Assembly: GCA_017883265.1 (NCBI GenBank)
Contig: JADGNX010000003.1
Coordinates: 1-59,102, forward strand
DNA from: Thermoanaerobaculia bacterium
Lineage (GTDB): Bacteria; Acidobacteriota; Thermoanaerobaculia; Gp7-AA8
DNA length: 59,102 nucleotides
Direction of reading: 5' to 3'
The position numbers were made by a program, and so were the translations under genes. Shown here in pieces: positions 29,988 to 39,271 of the stretch. The number at the start of each line of letters is the position of its first letter. Position 1 is the first letter of the stretch. The notes under the pieces are model-generated. The model saw only the letters and a program-made list of their open reading frames with translations, had not been told where the DNA came from and made no database searches.

Positions 29988-31172
29988 CTATTTTTCGTCG
30001 TCACTCAGCCGGACCAGCTCTCCGGATTTCAGCGTATCAGCCTGTTTGGTGATCAGGCGGTCACCTTCGCGAAGGCCGCTGAGGATCTCGATTCTGTTTT
30101 CACGCAGGGCGCCGGTCGTTACCGCCTTGAGAATGACGCGATGCTGGTCGTTGACCACGGCGACCTTTTTGGGCTGTCCCTCGATGATTGCCGGCAGAGG
30201 CACCCACAGCTTTGCCGGCTCGCGCAGCTCGGCATCCGTCCGCGCCGTCTGGAGAAACGACACGGTCGACGCCATCTCCGGCAGAAGCCGGTCGGATGGA
30301 TTGATGATGGCCACCTTGACCTTGACGATTCCCTTGGAGCGGTCGGCGGTCGGGATGATCTGTCGGAGGAAGCCTTTCCACTTCTGCCCGGGGAAGGCGT
30401 CGACCGAGACTTCCGCCGGCTGCCCTTCGCGCAACTGAGCGAGGGTGTTCTCATTGATGTCGGCTTCCACTTCCAGGGTTCGAAGGTCGACGATCGTGGC
30501 GATGGCTCCGCTGGGCAGCGTTCCTGCGATCTGCCCCATAGTCACCGACGAGATCACCTCTCCCACCTCGGTGTTCTTCGTGGCTACCACGCCGTCGAAC
30601 GGCGCGCGGACGACCATGTCGGTCATGTTGATCCGGATCTGATCGACTCGTGCCCTCATGACCTTCAACTGAGCGTCGGCGCTGTCGAGAAGAGCGTGCG
30701 TCGTCACTCCGTCCTTCCACAGCGCGGCCTGGCGGTTGTATTCGCGCTCCGCTTCCGAGAGTGAGGCCTGAGCCTCGTCGAGCTGAGCCTGCAGGTTCGT
30801 GCTCTCCAGGACTGCCAGAACGTCTCCCGTATGCACTTTGGTTCCGGTGTCGAAGTTGAGGCGAATGACCTTTCCGGAGATCTTCGGCGTGATCTTGGCC
30901 TGCTTATTGGCCACCAGGTAACCCGTGGCGGTGAGGAGCGCCGGATTGGCGACGCTGACGGTCGGCTTGACGAGCACGGTGTCGACGAGCGGCGCTCGCG
31001 ATGGCGCGATGAAGCGCGCATTGATGAAAAGGGCGCCCACGGCCAGAGCCGCCAGGAGAACGATCCAGACGATGATCTTCAGCCAGCTTTTTTCGGGGCG
31101 CCTCGGCTCCTCATCGTGATGAATGCGGAGTGCCGAAAGGTCTCCCCGCGGGCGCTCTGGTGCTACGGTCAT
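29988..31172 (-). CDS. Efflux periplasmic adaptor subunit (MacA/HlyD family)
   Basis: Single TM, lipoyl half-motifs (ISGKV..GDVL, RAPFDGVV), alpha hairpin; start MTVAPE at 31172. Confidence 0.9.
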   Translation of the reverse strand: MTVAPERPRGDLSALRIHHDEEPRRPEKSWLKIIVWIVLLAALAVGALFINARFIAPSRAPLVDTVLVKPTVSVANPALLTATGYLVANKQAKITPKISGKVIRLNFDTGTKVHTGDVLAVLESTNLQAQLDEAQASLSEAEREYNRQAALWKDGVTTHALLDSADAQLKVMRARVDQIRINMTDMVVRAPFDGVVATKNTEVGEVISSVTMGQIAGTLPSGAIATIVDLRTLEVEADINENTLAQLREGQPAEVSVDAFPGQKWKGFLRQIIPTADRSKGIVKVKVAIINPSDRLLPEMASTVSFLQTARTDAELREPAKLWVPLPAIIEGQPKKVAVVNDQHRVILKAVTTGALRENRIEILSGLREGDRLITKQADTLKSGELVRLSDDEK

Positions 31173-31255
31173 TGATCTCCCTCGACGGGTGGCAGGTGGC
31201 GCAATCTTATCAGGACGAGTGTGTTCACAAATCCGGCAGAGTTGACCGTTGCCGG

Positions 31256-32014
31256 TTATCGATTGAGCCAGACGGGCGGGCGTTTCTCGAGGAAAGCCGC
31301 GAGGCCCTCGTTCGCGTCCGTGGTGGCCATCAGCTCGTCGAGGTAAAGCCGCTCGACCTGAGACAGGCGCTTGTCGAAGTCGTCCGCCTGGGCCATCCGA
31401 AAGGCTTTTCTCGCCAGGCGCAGGGACGAGGCGCTGTGCCGTGTCAGCCGCTCGAGCCATGCGGCCGCACTGTTTTCGAAGTCGGCCATGGGAAAGACGA
31501 CGTTGACCATACCGAGCTCGGCAGCTACCGCGGCGCCAATTGATTCTCCACTGAGTAGAAGTTCGAGCCCTTTTCGCGGCGGAAGTTGATGGGAGAGTTG
31601 CCACGCCGCAACAGGGGGAAAAACTCCCAGGGAGATCTCAGGCTGACTGAAGCGCGCCCGGTCGGAAGCCAGGACGAAATCGCAGGCCATGGCGAGCTCG
31701 CAGCCGCCTCCAAGCGCTGCGCCGCGGACCAGGGCCACGGTCACCAGCTCCAGGCGGCTCAGGATCCTGAAGCAGTCGTGGAAGTTCGCCAGCATCAACG
31801 CAACGCGATCGCCGACGTGGTCCTGAACGCTCGCACCCGCCGAGAAGGCCTTCTCTCCGGCCGCATCGATGATGAGCAGATGCCTGTCGTTCCGAACCTT
31901 GCCCAGCGCTTGTTTGAGCTCGCCGAGAAGCTCGATGTCGAGGATGTTGTGGGGTGGAGCATCGAGCGTGACGCGGTAGGCCCGCTCGTCGACTGCAAAC
32001 CGGATCTTCGTCAT
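31256..32014 (-). CDS. Enoyl-CoA hydratase/isomerase family (resembles dienoyl-CoA hydratase Dch)
   Basis: FSAGASV, ALGGGCELA..CD, QPEISLGVFPP, EGLAAFLEKR. Confidence 0.85.
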   Translation of the reverse strand: MTKIRFAVDERAYRVTLDAPPHNILDIELLGELKQALGKVRNDRHLLIIDAAGEKAFSAGASVQDHVGDRVALMLANFHDCFRILSRLELVTVALVRGAALGGGCELAMACDFVLASDRARFSQPEISLGVFPPVAAWQLSHQLPPRKGLELLLSGESIGAAVAAELGMVNVVFPMADFENSAAAWLERLTRHSASSLRLARKAFRMAQADDFDKRLSQVERLYLDELMATTDANEGLAAFLEKRPPVWLNR

Positions 32015-32040
32015 AGTCGCGAATTATGCATCGGGGGATA

Positions 32041-34842
32041 TCAGCGCGCTGCGTGTCTCTTCACTTTCGGCTCTTGCGCGACGGTCGACCAGACCTCGAG
32101 AGAGCGTTCGGTGAGCAGGTAGAAATATCCCGGCCGGGAGGCGACCGACCGGATAGCGGAAGGAATCGCCGGGGTGGCGTTCGCCCGCCAGTTGACCGGA
32201 CCATCGATCGCGTAGAGCTGCGGGGCATCCGTCCGTCCTGCTATCAGGGCGCAGCTGCCATCGATCCGCACGCTTTGTCCGAACGACGACGTGGCGGCCG
32301 GGATCGCCACCTGTCGCATCGGTAAGAGCTCGGACTCGGCGAAGGCGTAGAGCTTGTCGGCCAGCAGGTACACCGTCGCCACTCCTGGCGCGTAAGCGAC
32401 CGAAGCCGGCGGCGTGGCCGAGAGTCCAGCTGTCGAGAAGCTGTTAGAGAGCGATGGATGGAATGGATCGCCGATATCGAAGATGCGAAGCTCGCCGGGC
32501 AGATCGAAGAGCGCATACGCTCGCGAGTTGCCCCCCGTGCTGCTGATGGCGACGTCGATGACGGCGCCGGTCAGGGTCATCGCGGTCGGCACCAGCGCGC
32601 TGTTCCGCGGATCGAAGATGGTCGTGACCTTCTGGCAAGGGCCCGGCACGCAGCCTTTGGATACCGAGACCCAGATCGCTCCTCCAACGTTGTAGACGGA
32701 AAGCGGGAGGGCATCCCGGGCGCTGTCGACGACCAGTTCCGAGAGAACGACGCCCGTGGCCGAGAGGAGCGAAAGCTTTCCTGATCCGCCCAGGACGACA
32801 AAGCCGCGCGGGATTGCGGCGACATCGATGATCCCCTGCACGCCTGAGAGCCCGAGGAAGTCGTAGGGAAGGCCTCCGCCCTGAAGAAACGAGTAGGAAT
32901 CGACTGATCCGCGATCGAGAAGTCCGAGCCGGTCGGCGCTCACGGTCACCTTGCTGTAGTTGGCGTTTTGCGAGGCGATTCCGGTTGACGCTGGTTGCTG
33001 GCTGGCCGTCTTCCAGTTGACCGTGGCGAAGGAGTCGCTGGTCAGCGCGGCAGCAGTCGTTCCACTCTCGTCGACCGCGATCGCCACGGGCACAGGCGGA
33101 AGGGCCAGAGTCCTTGTCAGGGCGCCGGAAGCGATGTCGAAGACCTGCACGCCGCTGTCGGTGAGGAGAAACAGCGTCGAGCCTGCCAGCGCCAGCTGGG
33201 TGCCGAAGGCCCCGACGCTGCCGGACAGGATCCTCGTCGACGGCGTGGCGCCGGTGAAATCGACCACGTTCAGGCCGCGGAAAGTCAGCGCCGCGACACG
33301 TCCCAGCGAGAGGCTGATGCCGCTCGTGGCCGCTCCTGCGAAGGTGGCGGTCTGTGGAGTCGTGGTCGGGTCGCCGGTTGCGAAGTAGCGGATCGTCGTG
33401 GTGCCGTCGTCATTGATATTGCCGAGAGCGAGAGCAATTGGTGTTCCGTTCAATGTTTCCGAACGCGCCACAAAGGAGGGAGACGACGGGGTGGGAACGC
33501 GGGTGGCGATCGATTCTGCCTGCGTCACCGGCGCTGACCAGAGAACGCGGTCGGAAGTCACGGCGTATACGTTGGTCCCGATCAGCACGGCCGAGCGGAT
33601 GCTGCTGAGCGGAACGTTCGAGACGACCGTCGGGGTCGCAGCGATCGTGGACCAGAGCGTCATGTCGCTATCGGTCGAAGTCAGCAGGAGGCCGGGCAAG
33701 GCGTCGCGCACGATCTCAGCCTTGCCGGAGGACCATTGGCGCAGTGAGGTGACGCCTGAAGTACCGATCGACAGTTCCTGGAGGGCTGTCGTTCCGGCGA
33801 CGAAGGCACTGGTGCCGACGACGCGAAGCGAGCTCAGACCGGGAAACGGAAAACTGCGGATCGGATACGGCGGCCTGAAGGCGGCGATGTCGAACGAGCG
33901 CAGGCCGGCATCGCCGGCAGCCACATAAGCCTTGTCGGCTGTTGTGACGATCCGAAAAACGCGGTTGGAGTTGCCCGCGCCGGCCGGCAGGTCGGCGGCG
34001 AAAAGGTTCACCGGCGTCGGTGTCGAGAGGTCGAGTGCGCGCAGCCGGAGATCCGCTCCCGCCGTGAGAGCAACGCCTCCGGAGATCGAGCCGAGCTCAG
34101 TTACTGCCGTCGCGAACGGTGTCCCGAGCGGTGTCCCGAGCGGTGTCATCTGAGAGCCCGAGACGCTGAAGGTCTGTGTCTGGAAGCCGTCGGAAATGAA
34201 GAGCTGTCCGTTGTGTGCGTTGACTGAGAGCGGGCGCGGAAAGGTGGAGAAGGAGCCGATGCGTATCGCCGTACCGGAGTCTATCGAGAACACTTCGACG
34301 GACGAGTCGCCATCGATCACGTAGAGAGCATTGCCGAGCGTCGCCAGCGAGACGGCGGCTCCGGTGGATGTCTGCAGAGTGGAAGGGCCCTGAACTACCG
34401 ACGGATGCTGTGGTTCGACCAGGCTCACGACGCTCAAGCCGTTCGAGGCCCCCACGAACAAATACGATCCGCTGAGTAGCATGTCGTTGATGGTGCCGCC
34501 GAGGTCGGCGATCTCGGTGGCCAGCAGACGGCTGGAGTCTTTCGTTACTCGATAAAGGACGCTCCCGCTTCCAACCAGAGCGTAGCCGCTGGTGGCTCGC
34601 ACGGAAGTAGTCCGTCCGGCGATGGCCAGCGATCTCCGGAGGACCGGCGGATCGTTCGTGGCGTCATACAGCGCCACGCCGTAGCCGGTGGCAGCCCAGA
34701 GATCGGTGCCATCGACGGCGATGTCGTAGATGGTCGAGCGGAACTGGCCGGAGGAAATGGGGACAAAAGCGCAGTCGGACCTCAGCCGGAGAGGAAGGGA
34801 TAGCAGCACACCGAAAATGAGGAGTACACGCCCGCGCATCAC
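32041..34842 (-). CDS. Large secreted beta-propeller protein (LVIVD-like repeats)
   Basis: Signal peptide; repeats such as YLFVGASNGLSVVSLVEP, AYVAAGDAGLRSFDI, LRIFDIGDPFHP; basic C-terminal tail. Confidence 0.7.
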   Translation of the reverse strand: MMRGRVLLIFGVLLSLPLRLRSDCAFVPISSGQFRSTIYDIAVDGTDLWAATGYGVALYDATNDPPVLRRSLAIAGRTTSVRATSGYALVGSGSVLYRVTKDSSRLLATEIADLGGTINDMLLSGSYLFVGASNGLSVVSLVEPQHPSVVQGPSTLQTSTGAAVSLATLGNALYVIDGDSSVEVFSIDSGTAIRIGSFSTFPRPLSVNAHNGQLFISDGFQTQTFSVSGSQMTPLGTPLGTPFATAVTELGSISGGVALTAGADLRLRALDLSTPTPVNLFAADLPAGAGNSNRVFRIVTTADKAYVAAGDAGLRSFDIAAFRPPYPIRSFPFPGLSSLRVVGTSAFVAGTTALQELSIGTSGVTSLRQWSSGKAEIVRDALPGLLLTSTDSDMTLWSTIAATPTVVSNVPLSSIRSAVLIGTNVYAVTSDRVLWSAPVTQAESIATRVPTPSSPSFVARSETLNGTPIALALGNINDDGTTTIRYFATGDPTTTPQTATFAGAATSGISLSLGRVAALTFRGLNVVDFTGATPSTRILSGSVGAFGTQLALAGSTLFLLTDSGVQVFDIASGALTRTLALPPVPVAIAVDESGTTAAALTSDSFATVNWKTASQQPASTGIASQNANYSKVTVSADRLGLLDRGSVDSYSFLQGGGLPYDFLGLSGVQGIIDVAAIPRGFVVLGGSGKLSLLSATGVVLSELVVDSARDALPLSVYNVGGAIWVSVSKGCVPGPCQKVTTIFDPRNSALVPTAMTLTGAVIDVAISSTGGNSRAYALFDLPGELRIFDIGDPFHPSLSNSFSTAGLSATPPASVAYAPGVATVYLLADKLYAFAESELLPMRQVAIPAATSSFGQSVRIDGSCALIAGRTDAPQLYAIDGPVNWRANATPAIPSAIRSVASRPGYFYLLTERSLEVWSTVAQEPKVKRHAAR

Positions 34843-34874
34843 GGTGTCATTTTACACGGCGGGCGGCAGCATCA

Positions 34875-35945
34875 TTACAGCAGGCCGGCGATATCGAGCG
34901 CCTTTCGTACGTACGAAGGGTGCGGAACCGCTGCCAGTCGCTTTGGATCGACCCAGAAGAAATCGCCGGGTCCGTCAGCGACGTTCTCCGGCTCCGAGGC
35001 CAGGACGTTGAACTGGATTCGGCGGTTCGTGATGGTGTGTCGAAATCGGCCGAGCCTCGGGCCGGGCGGAAGCGACGCTCCGGCTGACTGGAAGAGGCCG
35101 GGGGTCTGGGGCAGATGGTACATGCCGGCCATGAGTGGCCCGGTGGCCGCCTCCATCAGGACCGATCCGTCTGCCGATTGGACGACGAAGAGATCGATTT
35201 TCAGCGCCCGAGTCTCGGCCGGGGCGCGACGGACAGGCAACCGCTCCGCTTCGCCCGAAGCCCGTCCGTGACAATGGTCCTGAAGGGGACAGGAGGTGCA
35301 TCGCGGAGCGCGCGGCGTGCAGAAGAGCGCGCCGAGCTCCATGAGGCCCTGATTGAGATTCCGGGGAGATCTCGCGGCACCGACCAGCCGCGCTGCCAGG
35401 GCCCAGGTCTGTCGTGTAAAGACGGCCGAGCCGAAAGGATCTTCGATCTGCTCGAGCCGGGCGATGACGCGTGCGACGTTCCCGTCGACGATTGCCGCCC
35501 TCTCGTCGAAGGCGATCGAGGCGATCGCGCCCGCGGTGTAGCGTCCGATTCCGGGTACCGCGCGCAAAGCCTCGATGTCTCGCGGCAGACGGCCTTCGTG
35601 ATGCCGCATGAGGTGTCTGGCGCCTTCTCGCAACATGCGCGCGCGCCGGTAGTAGCCCAGTCCCGACCATGCGGCGAGAACCTCGGACTGGCTCGAGTGC
35701 GCCAGCGTGGCCACGTCCGGAAAGCGCTCGAGGAACCGGTGAAAGTGCCGATCGACGACGACCTCCATCCTGGTCTGCTGCAACATGACCTCGGAGATCC
35801 AGATCTGATAGGGATCGTAGGCCGCGCGCCATGGCAGCGCGCGCTGAGACGCCTTGAACCACTGCTCGACTCCTCGCGCCACGGCCAGGAGCCGGCGGTC
35901 TTTCGCGTTCGGCGCAGGCCGCTGGGCGTCGGAGATCGGAGGCAT
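34875..35945 (-). CDS. mutY: A/G-specific adenine glycosylase
   Basis: WISEVMLQQT, WSGLGYYRRA, PGIGRYTAGAI, VDGNV, CTPRAPRCTSCPLQDHC Fe-S motif. Confidence 0.96.
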   Translation of the reverse strand: MPPISDAQRPAPNAKDRRLLAVARGVEQWFKASQRALPWRAAYDPYQIWISEVMLQQTRMEVVVDRHFHRFLERFPDVATLAHSSQSEVLAAWSGLGYYRRARMLREGARHLMRHHEGRLPRDIEALRAVPGIGRYTAGAIASIAFDERAAIVDGNVARVIARLEQIEDPFGSAVFTRQTWALAARLVGAARSPRNLNQGLMELGALFCTPRAPRCTSCPLQDHCHGRASGEAERLPVRRAPAETRALKIDLFVVQSADGSVLMEAATGPLMAGMYHLPQTPGLFQSAGASLPPGPRLGRFRHTITNRRIQFNVLASEPENVADGPGDFFWVDPKRLAAVPHPSYVRKALDIAGLL

Positions 35946-35953
35946 ACCGCTTG

Positions 35954-35960
35954 TATTATA
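35954..35960. promoter_or_regulatory. Overlapping divergent -10 elements between mutY and gvpF
   Basis: TATTATA reads TATTAT on + and TATAAT on -; only 44 bp separate the two start codons. Confidence 0.5.
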
Positions 35961-35989
35961 GTTTCCGTCAACTTCCCTGGAGGTCAGCG

Positions 35990-36784
35990 ATGGATGAGGC
36001 AGCGCAACCAGTGCAGCCTGACGGCGAGCAGGGAAAGTATGTCTACTGCATCATCAGGAGCGAGTCTCCCCACAGCTTTGGCGCAGTCGGCATCGGCCGC
36101 CGCAACGATCAGGTTTACACCGTCCATTACAAGGAGTTTGCGGCGGTCGTCTCCAACTGCCCCCTGATCGTCTTCGATCCCACGCGCGAGAATGCTCTTG
36201 CTCACGAGCACGTGAACGAGTTGGTCATGAAGGACTTCACAGTGCTGCCGATGAGCTTCGGAACGGTCTTTCGCACCGAGAACGACATTCGCGAGTTCCT
36301 CAAGGGTACCTACGAAGCGCTCAGCGATGTGCTCGGGAAGATGGAAGGGAAAATCGAGTTCGGCCTCAAGGTGAACTGGGACAAGGATGCCGTAATCCGG
36401 GAACTGGAGCATGATGATGAGGAGATCCGCCGTCTGAAGGAAGAGATCTTCTCGAGCACGAGCAGCTCGAGCTACTTTTCGCGCATGCAGCTCGGGCGGG
36501 TGGTGGAGTCGGCGCTTCAGGCGCGTGCCGACTCGTACGTCAGCGAGATCTACGAGAGCCTGCGCGACGCGGCGATCGCGTCGCGCTCCAACAAGCCGAT
36601 CGGCGACAAGATGATCCTGAACGCCGCATTTCTAGTGGCACGTGAGAAGACGCGCGCCTTCGACGAGCAGATCTCCGACATCGCCAGAAAATACGAGAAT
36701 AAGCTGTCATTTCTCTATACCGGTCCCTGGCCCCCGTACAACTTCGTAAACATCCGTTTGAAACTGGAGCGCGCGGAGAGATGA
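35990..36784 (+). CDS. gvpF: Gas vesicle protein GvpF/GvpL family
   Basis: GKYVYCII, AHEHVNE, VLPMSFGTV, C-terminal GPWPPYNFV; RBS GGAGG. Confidence 0.92.
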   Translation: MDEAAQPVQPDGEQGKYVYCIIRSESPHSFGAVGIGRRNDQVYTVHYKEFAAVVSNCPLIVFDPTRENALAHEHVNELVMKDFTVLPMSFGTVFRTENDIREFLKGTYEALSDVLGKMEGKIEFGLKVNWDKDAVIRELEHDDEEIRRLKEEIFSSTSSSSYFSRMQLGRVVESALQARADSYVSEIYESLRDAAIASRSNKPIGDKMILNAAFLVAREKTRAFDEQISDIARKYENKLSFLYTGPWPPYNFVNIRLKLERAER

Positions 36785-36805
36785 CTCGAAGCGGCGACCA
36801 ACAGC

Positions 36806-37129
36806 ATGTTCCTTATCGATGACATTCTGATGCTTCCGTTCAAGCTGCCCGTGGCCGGCTTCAACTGGGTCATGAGACAAATCCAGACGATGGCCGATGA
36901 AGAGCTTCTGAACGATCAGGCCTGGAAGGAGAGGCTCATCGAGTTGCAGATGATGCTGGAGGTGGGCGACATCTCCGAGGAGCAGTTCGCGGCGGAAGAG
37001 GCGATCGTCTTCCTGCAACTTCGCGAGATCCGCGCGCGCCGCGAGGAGATAGCCCGTCATGCTGCCGCCTCTCGCGGTGAAGAGGAGCCTGAGAGCGCGA
37101 TCGGCATCTACACCGGTTACGGCAAGTAG
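36806..37129 (+). CDS. gvpG: Gas vesicle protein GvpG
   Basis: MFLIDDILMLP..GFNWV..ADEEL..LIELQ..GDISEEQF..EE signature. Confidence 0.88.
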   Translation: MFLIDDILMLPFKLPVAGFNWVMRQIQTMADEELLNDQAWKERLIELQMMLEVGDISEEQFAAEEAIVFLQLREIRARREEIARHAAASRGEEEPESAIGIYTGYGK

Positions 37130-37154
37130 GCCGGGATAACGCGCTCCCGCCCGC

Positions 37155-37287
37155 CCCGGCGGCCGAAAGCGACCGCCGCTCCACTGGGCGCCGGTTCAGT
37201 GGAGGGGCGCCCGCTCACGGGCGCCCGCGCGCGAACCGGGGCTGCTTCCAACCCGTCCCGGCGGCCGAAGCGACCGCCGCTCCACTG
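37155..37287. repeat. REP-like family B cluster (single copy plus ~91-bp doublet element)
   Basis: GGCGGCCGAA(A)GCGACCGCCGCTCCACT twice; element 37197-37287 bounded by CAGTGGAG/CTCCACTG inverted ends. Confidence 0.8.
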
Positions 37288-37313
37288 TCGGTTGTAAGCT
37301 TCGATATCCATCC

Positions 37314-39188
37314 GTGAGCCTGCCTCGAGACAGAACCGCCGAGCTGCGCCGGGCGATCGACGAGATCGCCGGCCGGCGCATCATTCTGGTCGGAGGAAAA
37401 GGGGGAGTCGGCAAAACGACGATCGCTTCTCTCGCCGCTCTCCATCTGGCCCTCAGCCGCAGAGTCGTACTCTTTACGACCGATCCTGCATCGAACCTCG
37501 ACGACCTGTTCGCGTCAGCCACCGTGGACAACCTGACGATCGAGAAGGTCGATGCGGATCGGCTTTATCGACGATTCCTGGAGCGGAACCTGTCGTCGTT
37601 TCTCGAGCTCGGCGACCGCGGAACGTACCTGGAAAAGGAGGAGCTGCAACGTTTCTTCGAACTGGCTCTCCCCGGCATCGATGAGTTGATGTCGTGGATG
37701 AGAATCGGAGAACTGGCCGAAGAGGATCCCGGCCGCCTCGTCATGGTCGATACCGCACCCACCGGGCATACGCTCCGGATGCTGGGCTCCGGAGCGCACT
37801 TCCTGCAACTGGCCTCGGCACTCGATGCCATGCAGGCCAAGCACCGGAACATGGTCCGCCAGTTCACGCGGCGCAATAGCCGTGACGCCATGGACTCGTT
37901 CATAGACGCCTTTCGCCTGGAGGGAGAGAAGAGGCTGGCGTTGCTTCGCGACGCCGCCAGCACCGCGTTCATTCCCGTCCTGCTCTCGGAGCCGTGGGTG
38001 GTGGAGCAGTCGCTGAGGTTGATCGCGGAGCTTCAATCCGAGGGAATCGCCATTCCGTTCGCCATCCTGAATCGCAGTGCGGATGACGAGGGGTGCCAGA
38101 AATGCAGCGCGCGCCAGGAACGCGATCGGGCAGCGCACGCGTCGTTAGGGTCGCTCCTGGTCACCGACGCACCAAGGTCGTGTGTGCCGCTGGATACGAT
38201 CGCCAGACTCACCGCGTTTCTCCGTGGCGACCTCCCGGAGAACGGGAACGTCGTCGATGTAACCCCGGGAGGTGGCGTAACTGCCGAAAAGCGATTGATC
38301 CTTCCTCCCCGGGCCAGACTCCTTTTCGTGGCCGGGAAAGGAGGAGTAGGGAAGACGACCGCAGCGGCGGCGATCGCCAGCCAGCTCGCCCGCGAGAATC
38401 CAGACCGGCGGTACACGGCGATCTCAGTTGATCCGGCGCACACCCTTCCGTCCGTGTTCGCGGATCAACCTCCGCCGGAGAACCTGACGATCGAAGCGAT
38501 CGACACACGTGCGCGTTGGCGGAGCTTCCGCGAGTCTCTGGGAGAAGAGATCGAGCGAGCCGTCGATGCGCTGACTCCGGGGAACATCTCGCTGGCCTAT
38601 GACGCTGATGCGATGCGGAAGCTGCTGGAGATCGCCCCGCCGGGGGCAGACGAGCTCTTCGCCATCAGCAGGATGGCCGATCTTCTGGCCGACGAGTCGC
38701 AGGCCATGATTGTCGTCGACACGGCCCCGACCGGCCACTTCCTCCGCCTTCTCGACCTCCCGCAGAGCGCAGGCGACTGGGTACGCGAGCTGATGCGGAT
38801 CCTTCTCCGCTATCGGCAGATCGTTCCCGCCGGGTCTCTGGGAGAGGACCTCGTCGCAGCATCGCGCTCGCTGCACGCGCTCGAGGCTGCGCTTCACTCG
38901 GAGCGCTCGGCGGTTGTGGTGGTCTGCCGTCCGGAGAGGATCGTAGTCGCCGAGACCGAGCGGCTGATCGCGGAGATCGCCCGTCGCGGCATGACCCTCG
39001 GCGGCGTGATTGCGAACTACGTCACCCCCCTCATCGATTGCCGCTGCGACCGCATCTCCAGAACCTATGAGCTCGAGGTGCTGGCGACAATCGACCAGGC
39101 GCATCTCATCCTGATAGGACGCCGCGATGCACCGATCGAGGAGCCCGGCGATCTTCCGGAGTTGCTCGAGACCGACAACCCCGCTTGA
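37314..39188 (+). CDS. Tandem-domain ArsA/Get3(TRC40) family ATPase within the gas vesicle locus
   Basis: Two GKGGVGKTT P-loops, two DPA switch-I motifs, two DTAPTGH motifs, PGIDE/PGADE, CQKC and CRC. Confidence 0.92.
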   Translation: MSLPRDRTAELRRAIDEIAGRRIILVGGKGGVGKTTIASLAALHLALSRRVVLFTTDPASNLDDLFASATVDNLTIEKVDADRLYRRFLERNLSSFLELGDRGTYLEKEELQRFFELALPGIDELMSWMRIGELAEEDPGRLVMVDTAPTGHTLRMLGSGAHFLQLASALDAMQAKHRNMVRQFTRRNSRDAMDSFIDAFRLEGEKRLALLRDAASTAFIPVLLSEPWVVEQSLRLIAELQSEGIAIPFAILNRSADDEGCQKCSARQERDRAAHASLGSLLVTDAPRSCVPLDTIARLTAFLRGDLPENGNVVDVTPGGGVTAEKRLILPPRARLLFVAGKGGVGKTTAAAAIASQLARENPDRRYTAISVDPAHTLPSVFADQPPPENLTIEAIDTRARWRSFRESLGEEIERAVDALTPGNISLAYDADAMRKLLEIAPPGADELFAISRMADLLADESQAMIVVDTAPTGHFLRLLDLPQSAGDWVRELMRILLRYRQIVPAGSLGEDLVAASRSLHALEAALHSERSAVVVVCRPERIVVAETERLIAEIARRGMTLGGVIANYVTPLIDCRCDRISRTYELEVLATIDQAHLILIGRRDAPIEEPGDLPELLETDNPA

Positions 39189-39271
39189 GCAACTGAGGCG
39201 CCGAATCAGTTTCTGCCTTCTGCGATTACCTGCCGGTTGCCTCCTTCGTTTCGATACGGCACACTGAATCG

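Noticed and set aside
37314-39188. Arsenic-resistance ATPase (arsA) annotation
   Set aside because: No ars genes in the window, and the metalloid-binding Cys positions are replaced by Get3-type PGxDE motifs.
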